Assembly: GCA_963765205.1 (NCBI GenBank)
Contig: CAVXVB010000009.1
Location: 320,001-384,000, forward strand
Origin: an uncultured Verrucomicrobiae bacterium
GTDB taxonomy: Bacteria; Verrucomicrobiota; Verrucomicrobiia; Opitutales; JABDGR01
DNA length: 64,000 nucleotides
Direction: 5' to 3'
Below, in pieces: positions 33,234-43,230 of the stretch. Each line of letters begins with the position of its first letter. Position 1 is the stretch's first letter. The notes under the pieces were generated by a model, which saw only the letters and a list, made by a program, of their open reading frames with translations, did not search any database and was not told the origin of the DNA. Both the position numbers and the translations under genes were made by a program.

Positions 33234-34271
33234 TCATCTATTGGCCAATGCCAAGCTGCTGAACTGGCCGGAATCCCGACGACCCTTCTGGCGTCGGCCG
33301 CACCAGACCGCGAGCAGGGCGGTCACCCCGGCCAGCAACGGCCAAGCGGAAGGTTCGGGAACAGTGCCGGTGATCGCGATGCCCCAGGGCTCATCGTCGC
33401 TCCCGAACTGGACAATCGAGGCGTTCACGACCGCGCCCGAGGTGGTGTATTCGGCGAGTTCGTAGTTTCCACTGGTGCCATTGTAGGTTGTGACAAACAG
33501 GTCCGAACCCGAAAGCGCGAGAGCCAAGGGGAAAGTCAACCCCGAGACCAGGGTGGCGTTCACCGTCGTTCCCGAGGTGGTGTATTCGCCGATGGTGCCG
33601 GCGTCGCTGTTCGCCACGAACAGGTTCGACCCCGAAACCACCAGGCCATAGGGTTGATTCACGCCGTTGGCAGCGTAACTCAGGAGCGTGCTGTTCACCG
33701 TCGCCCCGGACGTGGTATACTCCCCAATGGAGTTCTGGTTGGGGCCCCCGTTTTGCGTGACAAACAAATCCGACCCCGAAACCGCGAGGTAATTGGGAGA
33801 CCCCAGCCCCGAAAGCAGGGTGGCGTTCACGGTGGCCCCCGACGTGGTGTATTCGCCAACCGTGCCGCTGATGGCATTTGCGACAAACAGGTTCGACCCC
33901 GCAATCGCGATGCCCCAAGGGCCGTCCAATCCCGAAATCAGCGTGGCGTTTACGGTCGCCCCCGACGTGGTGTATTCGCCAACCGTGCCGGCGCCGTTCG
34001 TGCTCACCACAAATAGATCCGACCCTGCAATCGCGATGCCGACCGGGTCATCCGCCAACCCCGAGATCAGCGTGGGATTCACCGTCGCCCCCGCCGAGGT
34101 GTATTCGCCGACCGCGCCGAACTCGTTTTCGCCGTTAACTTCAAAAACATCCACCTGCCCGCGGGCGGCGGTGGGCAGCAGCCCCAGTGCCGTCACGACG
34201 GCGGTAAAAAAGAGTGGCGTGAAAACAACGCGACCACGCGCGAAAAGGCGGGGAATCGGGTTCGTTTTCAC
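33234..34271 (-). CDS. PEP-CTERM protein with ~40-aa beta-propeller repeats
   Basis: GEYTTSGATVNATLISGL..P.GIA.SGSDLFV repeats; VPEPSAW-TM-RRQK. Confidence 0.88.
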   Translation of the reverse strand: MKTNPIPRLFARGRVVFTPLFFTAVVTALGLLPTAARGQVDVFEVNGENEFGAVGEYTSAGATVNPTLISGLADDPVGIAIAGSDLFVVSTNGAGTVGEYTTSGATVNATLISGLDGPWGIAIAGSNLFVANAISGTVGEYTTSGATVNATLLSGLGSPNYLAVSGSDLFVTQNGGPNQNSIGEYTTSGATVNSTLLSYAANGVNQPYGLVVSGSNLFVANSDAGTIGEYTTSGTTVNATLVSGLTFPLALALSGSDLFVTTYNGTSGNYELAEYTTSGAVVNASIVQFGSDDEPWGIAITGTVPEPSAWPLLAGVTALLAVWCGRRQKGRRDSGQFSSLALANR

Positions 34272-34504
34272 GGGCGGGAGCGGCGCTTGGGAGCAGTTGA
34301 ACAACTCGATTAACTGTCGAAAGGATAGGATTCAGATTTGAGTGTCATACACAAAGCTAACGGACGCATTCTAAGCCCGATTCATTCCTTTGTCAAGACG
34401 CGCCCGGCCCATCGAACCACCCCTGTTGCGGAATCCGTGTGACTTGGTTTTCATAGTGTGCAGAGGGTTGGATTGATTCACCAGGCATTCATAAAAATAA
34501 CTCA

Positions 34505-34571
34505 GTGTATACCAAGTTGCCAAGATTAGACAATAGGGGATGCGCCGCAATCTTAATAAGCAAAATCCCTA
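34505..34571 (-). promoter_or_regulatory. 15-bp box + promoter (site E)
   Basis: TAGGGATTTTGCTTA-23nt-TTGTCT on minus strand; -10 ambiguous (TATACA/TACACT). Confidence 0.55.
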
Positions 34572-34632
34572 GGGCCTATCCCCAAGGCCGGCGTTTTTGT
34601 GAAGCAGTTTTTATGCCGACTTAAGCCGGGTT

Positions 34633-34737
34633 CGCCCCGCGCGCGTTCCCCGCGGACTTTCACCAACCCGGGGGGGGAACCCGCGCGGTTGTCTCGGGCG
34701 GTTAATTCACGGGCCCAGTGCTTGGATTTTGCCCGGG
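34633..34737 (+). repeat. 105-bp direct repeat, copy 1 (copy 2 at 38634-38738)
   Basis: CGCCCCGCGCGCG...GATTTTGCCCGGG, about 3 mismatches. Confidence 0.92.
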
Positions 34738-34927
34738 ATGACCCGCCCTCGTCGGCCCTCCCGCCGCCGCTTCTGGAAATGGAGTGGTGGGCGGCAGGGT
34801 GGGCCGAATGGCTGCCGCGCTGTCCGCTTCTCGAGCGGTGTCAATTGCTTTCATCGGATTGCCGGGGTCGGGAGGAGGGGGTTAATTAATTCTGTCAAAA
34901 AACTCTTCGCGGCTGCGCGGTGAAAAA

Positions 34928-37900
34928 TCACGGCGCGGGCGCGACCATAATTTCCAGAAAAACCGGCGCAACCCCCGACAACTGATAACTCCCCGTCACC
35001 GTGCCATTGTTCGGATCGCTGGTCTGCGTCACCCCCGTCGTGCTCCAGTTAATCAAATCCGGGCTGGCTTCAACCATGTAAGTCAGGTCGGTTTGCGGAG
35101 CCGGAAAAGTCAGCGTCAAGTTCCCTGCGGAAAAAGTCGGTTGCGGCAGGAACGGATGCCCATCCACCCACGGATTGAGGTTAAAGGCGTATTTGAGCAA
35201 ATTGGGCAATCCGTCGCCCGCCGGCTCGGCCGTATCGCCGACAATCAGGGGATTGCCCAATTGGGCGGAGGTAAAGTTATCCTGGAGCCAGGTCAGTTTG
35301 GCGGAGGAAGTGCCCACCACGAGCGGGACCGGCGTGGTGGTGGTGTTTCCCGCTAAATTGCTGATAATGGCTCGATATTGATAGCCCAACTGGGCGGTGG
35401 TCGGGTCTATGATGGTCAGCGTGTTCGTCGTGGCACCGCTATAGCCACCCCCGCTGACATCGGGAGTTGCCACCAGGGGCTGCGCGATGGTGGTATTCAC
35501 GCTGTTGCTGATATTACTCCAGGTATTGCCGCCATTCGTTGAAACCTGCCATTGGTCACTTAGTGGAGCGGGACTGGCGCTGGCCGCGACGGTGAAAGTA
35601 GCATTCGTTCCTGTAACTACAGCGGCAGTGGCCGGCGGGGTCGCGATGGCGGGCGGGTTCAACAGCACCGCCGGAATCCCGGCAAATGTGGAATCCCAGC
35701 CGCTGGTGCCCGGCAAATAATAGGCCGTCGCCTTATTGTCATCGGTGAACACTGTTGTATCAGCGCCTGGGGCGTTGCCCGTGAAATAGACGTTGGTCAG
35801 GTTGGTGCAGTCATCGAACGCAGAGGCTCCAATGCTGATGACGCTGTTGCCGATCGTCACACTGGCCACGCGTTGGCAGAGTTCGAACGCGCTAACTCCG
35901 ATGCTGGTGACGCTGCTGGGGATAATGATGCTGGTCAAATTGGCACAATCGTAGAGCGCAGAGTCTCCAATACTGATAACGCTGTTGCCGATGGTGACGC
36001 TGGTCAGCTTGGTGCAGTCTACGAACGCACCGTCTCCAATGCTGGTGACGCTGTTGGGGATAATGACGCTGGTCAGGCTGTAGCAGTCTTCGAACGCAGC
36101 GTCTCCAATGCTGACGACGCTGTTGCCGACGGTGACGCTGGACAGCTCGGTGCAGTAATAGAACGCATCATCTCCAATGCTGGTGACGCTGCTGGGGATA
36201 ATGACGCTGGTCAGACCGGTGCAGTATTCGAACGCATCGTCTCCAATGCTGGTGACGCTGTTGGGGATCGTGACGCTGGTTAGGTTGGTACCTTCGAACG
36301 CACCGTCTCCAATGCTAGTGACGCTGTTGCCGATGGTGACGCTGGTCAGACCGGTGCAGTCTGCGAAAGCGCCGTCTCCAATGCTGGTGACGCTGTTGGG
36401 GATAATGACGCTGGTCAGGTTGGGGCTGGCGAACGCACCGTCTCCAACGCTAGTGACGCTGCTGGGTATAGTGTAGGAGGTTCCGACCTTTCCATCTGGG
36501 TATTGTATAAGCAAAGACTGGTTCTGGTTGAATAAAACCCCAGCCACACTGCTATATTCGGGATTGCTCAGATCCACATTTATCGCAATTAGGTTGGGGC
36601 AGTCTGCGAACGCATCGTCTCCAATGCTGGTGACGCTGTTGGGGATTGTGACACTGGTCAGGTTGTTGCAGTAATTGAACGCATAGTCTCCAATACTGGT
36701 GACGCTGTTGGGGATAATGACGCTGGTCAAGTTGGGGCTGGCGAACGCACCGTCTCCAATGCTTGTGACGCTGCTGGGTATAGTGTAGGAGGTTCCGACC
36801 TTTCCATCTGGGTATTGTATAAGCAAAGACTGGTTCTGGTTGAATAAAACCCCAGCCACACTGCTATATTCGGGATTGCTCAGATCCACATTTATCGCAA
36901 TTAGGTTGGGGCAGTCTGCGAACGCATCGTCTCCAATGCTGGTGACGCTGTTGGGGATCGTGACGCTGGTCAGACCGGTGCAGTAATCGAACGCACCGTC
37001 TCCAATGCTGGTGACGCTGTTGCCGATGGTGACGCTGGTCAGACCGGTGCAGTAATCGAACGCACCGTCTCCAATGCTGGTGACGCTGTTGGGGATAATG
37101 ACGCTGGTCAAATTGACACAACCGAAGAACGCATAGTCTCCAATACTGGCGACGCTGTTGCCGATGGCGACGCTGGTCAGGTTGTTGCAGTAATTGAACG
37201 CATAGTCCCCGATGCTGGTGACACTGCTAGGGATAGTAACGCCGGTCAGGTTGGTTGAACTGAACGCATAGTCCCCGATGCTGGTGACGCTGTTGCCGAT
37301 GGTAACGTTGGTCAGGCTGGTGCAGTCTGTGAACGCATGGATTCCAATGCTGGTGACACTGTTGGGGATCGTGACGCTGGTCAGGCTCCAGCAGTCTTCG
37401 AACGCATAGTCTCCAATGCTGATGACGCTGTTGCCGATGGTGACGCTGGTCAGGTTGACGCAGTAATTGAACGCATAGTCTCCAATGCTGGTGACGCTGT
37501 TGCCGATGGTGACGCTGGACAGTTTGTTGCAGGAGTAGAACGCATCGTCTCCAATGCTGGTGACGCTGTTGGGGATGGTGACGCTGGTCAAATTGACACA
37601 ACCGTAGAAAGCATAGTCTCCAATACTGGTGACGCTGTTGCCGATGGTGACGCTAAACAGTTTGTTGCAGGAATAGAACGCATCGTCTCCAATGCTGGCG
37701 ACGCTGTTGCCGATGGCGACGCTGGTCAGGTTGGGGCAGTCTTCGAACGCACCGTCTCCAATGCTGGTGACGCTGTTGGGGATTGTCACGCTAGTCAGGC
37801 CGGTGTCTTCGAACGCCTCGTCTCCAATGCTTATGACGCCGTTGGGGATAATGACGCTGGTCAGGCTCCAGCAGTCTTCGAACGCATAGTCTCCAATGCT

Positions 37901-38359
37901 GATGACGCTGTTGCCGATGGCGACGCTGGTCAGGTTGTTGCAGGAATAGAACGCAGCGTCTCCAATACTGATGATGCTGTTGCCGATGGTGACGCTGGTC
38001 AGGTTGGGGCAGTCTGCGAACGCACCATCTCCAATGCTGGTGACGCTGTTGGAAATTGTGACACTCGTCAAGTTGTTGCAGTAATTGAACGCATAGTCGC
38101 CGATGCTGGTCACTGGCACGCCGTTGATCATGCTGGGGATGATCACCGCACCGCCCGGCCCCGAGTAGCCCGTGATGGTGACGTTGCCGTTGCTGGTTGT
38201 ATACTCCAGTCCATCACTCGTGGTTTGGGCCTGCGCCTTCCCGCTGAGGAAAGCGAAAGCCGCGACCAGCAATAAAATAAACCGCCGGGGGAGGAAAGGC
38301 GCAAAGGCGCGCATAGGAATGGAAAAATTGGAAAACATCAGCCTAACGCTAAAAAACAT
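34928..38359 (-). CDS. BspA-type (LRR_5) leucine-rich-repeat surface protein with Ig-like and C-terminal domains
   Basis: Signal peptide; ~30 units LTSVTIPNSVTSIGDxAFxxC; Ig-like QWQVS...YRAIISN; DGLPNLLKYAFNLNP tail. Confidence 0.92.
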   Translation of the reverse strand: MFFSVRLMFSNFSIPMRAFAPFLPRRFILLLVAAFAFLSGKAQAQTTSDGLEYTTSNGNVTITGYSGPGGAVIIPSMINGVPVTSIGDYAFNYCNNLTSVTISNSVTSIGDGAFADCPNLTSVTIGNSIISIGDAAFYSCNNLTSVAIGNSVISIGDYAFEDCWSLTSVIIPNGVISIGDEAFEDTGLTSVTIPNSVTSIGDGAFEDCPNLTSVAIGNSVASIGDDAFYSCNKLFSVTIGNSVTSIGDYAFYGCVNLTSVTIPNSVTSIGDDAFYSCNKLSSVTIGNSVTSIGDYAFNYCVNLTSVTIGNSVISIGDYAFEDCWSLTSVTIPNSVTSIGIHAFTDCTSLTNVTIGNSVTSIGDYAFSSTNLTGVTIPSSVTSIGDYAFNYCNNLTSVAIGNSVASIGDYAFFGCVNLTSVIIPNSVTSIGDGAFDYCTGLTSVTIGNSVTSIGDGAFDYCTGLTSVTIPNSVTSIGDDAFADCPNLIAINVDLSNPEYSSVAGVLFNQNQSLLIQYPDGKVGTSYTIPSSVTSIGDGAFASPNLTSVIIPNSVTSIGDYAFNYCNNLTSVTIPNSVTSIGDDAFADCPNLIAINVDLSNPEYSSVAGVLFNQNQSLLIQYPDGKVGTSYTIPSSVTSVGDGAFASPNLTSVIIPNSVTSIGDGAFADCTGLTSVTIGNSVTSIGDGAFEGTNLTSVTIPNSVTSIGDDAFEYCTGLTSVIIPSSVTSIGDDAFYYCTELSSVTVGNSVVSIGDAAFEDCYSLTSVIIPNSVTSIGDGAFVDCTKLTSVTIGNSVISIGDSALYDCANLTSIIIPSSVTSIGVSAFELCQRVASVTIGNSVISIGASAFDDCTNLTNVYFTGNAPGADTTVFTDDNKATAYYLPGTSGWDSTFAGIPAVLLNPPAIATPPATAAVVTGTNATFTVAASASPAPLSDQWQVSTNGGNTWSNISNSVNTTIAQPLVATPDVSGGGYSGATTNTLTIIDPTTAQLGYQYRAIISNLAGNTTTTPVPLVVGTSSAKLTWLQDNFTSAQLGNPLIVGDTAEPAGDGLPNLLKYAFNLNPWVDGHPFLPQPTFSAGNLTLTFPAPQTDLTYMVEASPDLINWSTTGVTQTSDPNNGTVTGSYQLSGVAPVFLEIMVAPAP

Positions 38360-38437
38360 GGGCCGTCACGCTCAATTTTGACGGAATATCTGACCTCGTT
38401 CAGTTGCCGCACTGGGCGGGGGACTGCCGGGTCCGCC

Positions 38438-38512
38438 CCGTGGCGCGGTGCTTCAGCCCGCGCTGGGGAGTATCCATTGCCAGGCAGCGCGGGCTAAAGC
38501 ACCGCGCTACGG
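38438..38512. repeat. REP-like long hairpin
   Basis: CCGTGGCGCGGTGCTTCAGCCCGCGCT ... AGCGCGGGCTAAAGCACCGCGCTACGG. Confidence 0.85.
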
Positions 38513-38633
38513 AAGCATGGCCTAATTGTTTCATACTCATTCAACCCTCGCCCTACACCACATACTTGTCTTTCACCGCGCCCGAAATCTTCACCACCGT
38601 CGTCACCGCGTCCGTCACCGCCGCAAACTCGGC

Positions 38634-38738
38634 CGCCCCGCGCGCGTCCCCCGCGGACTTTCACCAACCCGATGGGGGAACCCGCGCGGTTGTCTCGGGC
38701 GGTTAATTCACGGGCCCAGTGCTTGGATTTTGCCCGGG
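38634..38738 (+). repeat. 105-bp direct repeat, copy 2
   Basis: Matches 34633-34737. Confidence 0.92.
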
Positions 38739-39441
38739 GGCCCGGACAGGGTCAGGCTGCACCTTAATACTATAATTAGTTTGGTAGGGATTGGGTGGGC
38801 GGAGCGAAGCCTCCACCTACGACGGGCTGGACCGGAAATGAACCCCCGCGCCAACCCTGGCAGCGGAAGTGCCCCGTGCCACATTTCTATTTCCGCGCTA
38901 TTTATTTGCATCACTGGGCCGCCCTTCGACCAGACTTCGGCGAGCTCAGTCGAGTCGCTCAGGCCTCGGCCTTCTCGGCTGCTAATCTTCTCTCTTAAAG
39001 TTAAGCAGGGCCATCCACGCTCATCCGTGCCATCTGTGGTTAACCGCTTACTCCGTGTCCTCGTGCTGTAAAACGCCGTTGAGTTTGGGAACAAAAACCG
39101 AAGGCGGCCCGGACGGGGTCAGGCTGCACCTTAATACCATAATTAGTTTAGTAGGGATTGGGTGGGCGGAGCGAAGCCTCCACCTACGACGGGCTGGACC
39201 GGAAATGAACCCCCGCGCCAACCCTGGCAGCGGAAGTGCCCCCGTGCCACTTTCCCGGATCCGTGCCCTTATTTTTGCGTCACTGGGCCGCCCTTCGACC
39301 AGACTTCGGCGAGCTCAGTCGAGTCGCTCAGGCCTCTGCCTTCTCGGCTGCTAATTTTCTCTCTTAAAGTTAAGCAGGGCCATCCACGCTCATCCGTGCC
39401 ATCCGTGGTTAACCGCTGTAAAACGCCGTTGAGTTTGGGAA
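38739..39441 (+). repeat. Tandem pair of ~350-bp non-coding units (period 367)
   Basis: 38739-39091 and 39106-39441 are near-identical except one ~28-nt swapped segment and a ~19-nt indel. Confidence 0.92.
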
Positions 39442-39487
39442 GGGGGCGGTCTTAACGCGCGCTGCCGGGGGGTTTAACTGCCCAAGC

Positions 39488-39930
39488 CTAAATCAACTCA
39501 TCATCCCGTTTGGCGCGGGATTTGCGCGGCTTCCCGCCTTTTTCCGCCGCGGCTTCCTCCGCCGCCCGGGCCAGGTTCAGCGCCAGCAAGCGCTCCAAAA
39601 TCTGTTCGTCCGTCACGTCCGCCGGCCAGCCGTAGGCCGCGGCCACGGCGGCGTCCAGTTTCCGATGCGCCAGGTCGAGCCACGCCGGCCGCTCGTTGTA
39701 AAGTTTCGTCAGCGTGCGGTCCTTCAGTTTCGCCGCGCCGGCGGCGTCGCGCGGTTCGCGGCGCGGGTAGCGCACCGTGCCGATCCCGTTTTTGTCCGGC
39801 TTCCCCACGTAGCGCGCCCACGGGCCGTTCACCGAGCCGGGAAATTCCAGGACGTTTTCCCGGGTCCACTCCGGCGGGTTGAGCCAGCGCTCCCGCAGCC
39901 CGTTCAACTCCTGGGCCGCCGCGCCGATTA
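39488..39930 (-). pseudogene. C-terminal fragment of a type IIG/MmeI-like DNA methyltransferase-restriction protein
   Basis: RERWLNPPEW...RTLTKLYNERPAWLDLAHRKLDAAVAAAYGW...ILERLLALNL; N-terminus absent. Confidence 0.8.
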
Positions 39931-40031
39931 TCTGCTACAGATTTGCCGTCAAGTACCTCATTCGATTTATTGACGACAAAATGTAGACTCCATGATTTGA
40001 CGAATTGCCGATTTTATGAGAGCGTCAAATA

Positions 40032-40421
40032 ATGGATACTGTTAGCAAGCGTAAACGGTCGTGGATCATGGGCCAAGTAAGGTCCGGCGGTAACAAAACC
40101 ACGGAGGAGGCCTTGATGGGCGCGCTTAAGCGCTGCGCAATCCACGGTTGGCGGAGAAACTACAGGATGTTTGGGAGACCCGATTTTGCCTTCCCTGAGC
40201 AACGGGTTGCCGTCTTTGTGGACGGTTGCTTTTGGCATGGACACCCCCGGAAGTGCCGAATTCCGGCAACGAATCGTACTTACTGGGTCAATAAAATCGC
40301 TCGGAATGCGGCGCGGGACAAGTTGGTAAACCAGACGTTGCGAAAAAAGGGTTGGAAAGTTCTGAGGATTTGGGAACACTGCGCGGGTGATGGTACTGCT
40401 GGAATTTGCGTAGAAAATTAA
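40032..40421 (+). CDS. vsr: Very-short-patch repair endonuclease
   Basis: MDTVS..KRSWIM, GRPDF, VFVDGCFWHGH, YW..KI.RN..RD, GWKVLRIWEH. Confidence 0.92.
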   Translation: MDTVSKRKRSWIMGQVRSGGNKTTEEALMGALKRCAIHGWRRNYRMFGRPDFAFPEQRVAVFVDGCFWHGHPRKCRIPATNRTYWVNKIARNAARDKLVNQTLRKKGWKVLRIWEHCAGDGTAGICVEN

Positions 40422-40433
40422 ACAATTAGAATT

Positions 40434-41213
40434 ATGAATGTAATGGAAAATACTCTAACCCATAGAGACAGACAAATTGTCTGCGGTCTCTTTTTGTCAA
40501 AGTATGGGCGGGAAGGGTTGAAGTTCTTGGGGTTCGAGAATTTTGCTGAGGCATACAACGCACTCGGATATGGTTTGGGCGCGAAGCCAATGTCTATCAA
40601 AAATTATCGAGATGAATTTGATCCATATTTTCCTAACGAAAGAAAGGGCTGGCATGGGCGGCCCTTGCGGGATTTTTGCAAGGCGATTATGGATGCGTTT
40701 GCAGCCGCTACCTTGACTGATCTAGGCAGCCTTATTAAAAGATTTGTTGCACCAGAGACTGGCTTGCAGCAGATGGCGGAAGTGCAGAGAGTCATCAAGG
40801 CGCACGAGCCGGACGCTGAATCAGCATTTGCGAAACGTTTAATTACAGGCAAGGCCGCAGAAGAGTATTTCTTGGCTCATTGGCCTGGCATGACTGAATT
40901 CGCTGGGATGTCGCTTTCAGACACAACAAGCTGGGGCTGTGGGTTCGACTTCAAAATGACTCATCCTGTGAACAACTCATACTCTGCGGTTGAGGTAAAA
41001 GGATTAAGAGCCAAAACCGGCCAAATTCAATTCACCGAGCTCGAATATGCAATGGCCGAAGCCTTGGTAAACAGGTTTTACCTGGTGCTCGTTAGAAATT
41101 TTGTTGAAAAGCCCTTCCACAGTATTATCAGAAATCCATTGCATTCTGATTTGAATTTCAAACGAAAAGAGCGGAAGGAGGTTTTTGTGTCATGGTCAGC
41201 AAGTGTCAATTAA
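40434..41213 (+). CDS. DUF3883 (NOV_C-like) PD-(D/E)xK nuclease domain protein
   Basis: TGKAAEEYF...GCGFDF...AVEVKG...FTELEY. Confidence 0.75.
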   Translation: MNVMENTLTHRDRQIVCGLFLSKYGREGLKFLGFENFAEAYNALGYGLGAKPMSIKNYRDEFDPYFPNERKGWHGRPLRDFCKAIMDAFAAATLTDLGSLIKRFVAPETGLQQMAEVQRVIKAHEPDAESAFAKRLITGKAAEEYFLAHWPGMTEFAGMSLSDTTSWGCGFDFKMTHPVNNSYSAVEVKGLRAKTGQIQFTELEYAMAEALVNRFYLVLVRNFVEKPFHSIIRNPLHSDLNFKRKERKEVFVSWSASVN

Positions 41214-41495
41214 AAACCGAAGCCTGCGTTTATTTCTTTTGCGTGAAAAGTCAGGAAGTAAAATTACAGATAGTAGGGGCATTAGATAATGCCTTGCGAA
41301 AATCTCGCTGCGGGAGACTAGTCGGTGCTGGAACCTCTCTCTGCGATGTCGGCACCTACACGGTTGAGCTTTTAGTGAAGGATCGATACCGCTGCCAGGA
41401 TGCCGTGGCACAATGCTGCGCGGGTTTGGAATTGGACGATTACGAAATGAGCTTTTACGATGATTAGCGCGTATCCAGTTTTTTTGCGTTGGTAG

Positions 41496-41714
41496 ATGAG
41501 AAGGGCCACAAGGTGGGCAGTTCAGTACACGGTGCTTGCTCGCCGTGCAGGCACAATTGCCGCTCTTGCACGAGTTATAAGCGAGCGGGATGTTTCAAAA
41601 GGACTTAGGCGCACACTCCTTACGCAAGCTAGGCGTCTTGAAAAGCTGGCATTCCAACGAGTGCAAGAGTTAGGGATCGTTGAGGATTTCAAAAAGAATC
41701 AGGAGGAAGAGTAA
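41496..41714 (+). CDS. Small hypothetical protein
   Basis: 72-aa ORF, same strand as neighbours. Confidence 0.35.
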   Translation: MRRATRWAVQYTVLARRAGTIAALARVISERDVSKGLRRTLLTQARRLEKLAFQRVQELGIVEDFKKNQEEE

Positions 41715-41982
41715 AAGCCCGAGAAGTTAGCCGGACGCTTCCTTGCCCTGGTAGCGCGACCATTTTCTCTTGAATTCAGCGGCGGTCATGGTCGAAAAGC
41801 GGGGGAAGGCGTGGCGAGCGGGGACGAGCGGCGGGCGGCCGGCCAGGCGGCCCTATTTACACCGCTTCGCCGCCCCTTGTAAAGCGGCCCTTTTTGCCCA
41901 GGCGGGGAATTGACAGGCGGGCGGCGGTGGCTGATGCTGGGCGGGCGGCGCTCGCCCGCCGCTCCTGGTCTCCCCCTTCGCC

Positions 41983-43014
41983 ATGGCCCTTTATCCCGAA
42001 GAAGTCGCGGAAAAGCATCACCCCATGCTGCAAAATTTGTGGCGGCGTTTGGATAATGCCGTGGGTGCCTTGCGAGATATGGCCGAGCTGTCCTCCCACC
42101 TGGATGCCCAGGGCGCGGCGGAAGACCACCCCGTCGGCTCCCAAGCGCGGGAATGGGCGCGATTGCGCGATCACTTCGATTTCATGCTCAGTTGCCAGAT
42201 CGACTCGCTTTCGCACCTGCTCAAAAAAAGAGTCGAGACGACGCGAAGCCTCGACCTGCTGGTGGAAGGGGTCATCGGTAAACGCGGCGATGCGCAGGAC
42301 ACTTTGCGTTTGATGCGGCGTTGTCACGCCCTGTTCGGCGACGACACGCTCCCCGATGGGGAAGCTCTGGAAGAAACTTTCCCTGAATTATTCGTCTGGG
42401 ACACCTACCAGCGGGTGTCCGCGCTGGCCCAACTGGCCGAGGAGTATCCCAAGCACGTCCGGCACGCCGCCCGGCGGATGCGCGGCTGGCCCATGATCGT
42501 CTCCCACCACCTCGATGGCCGGGCCGAATTCGCGCGTTTGGCCGCGCGCCTCGAACTCGGGCGCGATTATCCCCTCGATGTCTCGCCCCGCCGGAAGCGC
42601 GGCACGGAGACCGCTTTGCTTCGATATTTGGAGCCGCTGCTGGGGCGCTTCGATGACTGCCGCTGGTGGCTGCTGCATTGGGGAGGGCGAAAATGGCCCC
42701 AAACGGACCTTGACAAACAAAACGCTTTTTTATTGTCCGATTGGACGGACCCCCGGCCCGGCCCGGAAGTGGCCGCCCTCCTCCGAAAATTGCCGACCCT
42801 GCCGCCGCTCACCAAAAAATCGACGTTGCGCTGGTCGCGCGAAATCATCGTGCCCATCATCATGGCCACGGACACGGGCGAGCGCGCGACCTGCCAGGTT
42901 CCCGCCTTGCTCAACCTCTGGCGGCATCGCGGCGTCAAAAGCCGCGGCACCTTCAAATCCCATTTGCAGAGCGCCGTGATGGACACCTTGCAACGCTTCG
43001 CCCGCCCGGACTGA
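41983..43014 (+). CDS. Hypothetical protein
   Basis: 343-aa ORF with host-like codon bias. Confidence 0.7.
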   Translation: MALYPEEVAEKHHPMLQNLWRRLDNAVGALRDMAELSSHLDAQGAAEDHPVGSQAREWARLRDHFDFMLSCQIDSLSHLLKKRVETTRSLDLLVEGVIGKRGDAQDTLRLMRRCHALFGDDTLPDGEALEETFPELFVWDTYQRVSALAQLAEEYPKHVRHAARRMRGWPMIVSHHLDGRAEFARLAARLELGRDYPLDVSPRRKRGTETALLRYLEPLLGRFDDCRWWLLHWGGRKWPQTDLDKQNAFLLSDWTDPRPGPEVAALLRKLPTLPPLTKKSTLRWSREIIVPIIMATDTGERATCQVPALLNLWRHRGVKSRGTFKSHLQSAVMDTLQRFARPD

Positions 43015-43230
43015 GGCCCGGTTGCGCGCCAGGCCGCCCGGTGGCGCGCTCCCCGGCGGGATGTTTGCGCGGGATGCCGGGCGACCGCGCTCCGGCGGGG
43101 CGATTTTTTGCGCGGGATCGGCGGCGATGCCCCGTAAAATTGCGCGGCATTCCCGCCTAAAAAACGCCCGCGCGAAATTTGCTTTTTTGCGGGCGCCGGG
43201 CGATGGTGCGTCGTATCACGCCGAACCGCC

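Noticed and set aside
35800..38120. CRISPR-like or DGR-like periodicity
   Set aside because: The 69-nt period is a coding LRR; variation is not adenine-specific and there is no reverse transcriptase in the window
38739..39441. Retron msr-msd or protein-coding duplicates (ORFs 38795, 39162)
   Set aside because: No RT nearby; the ORFs diverge in frame between copies and lack coding bias
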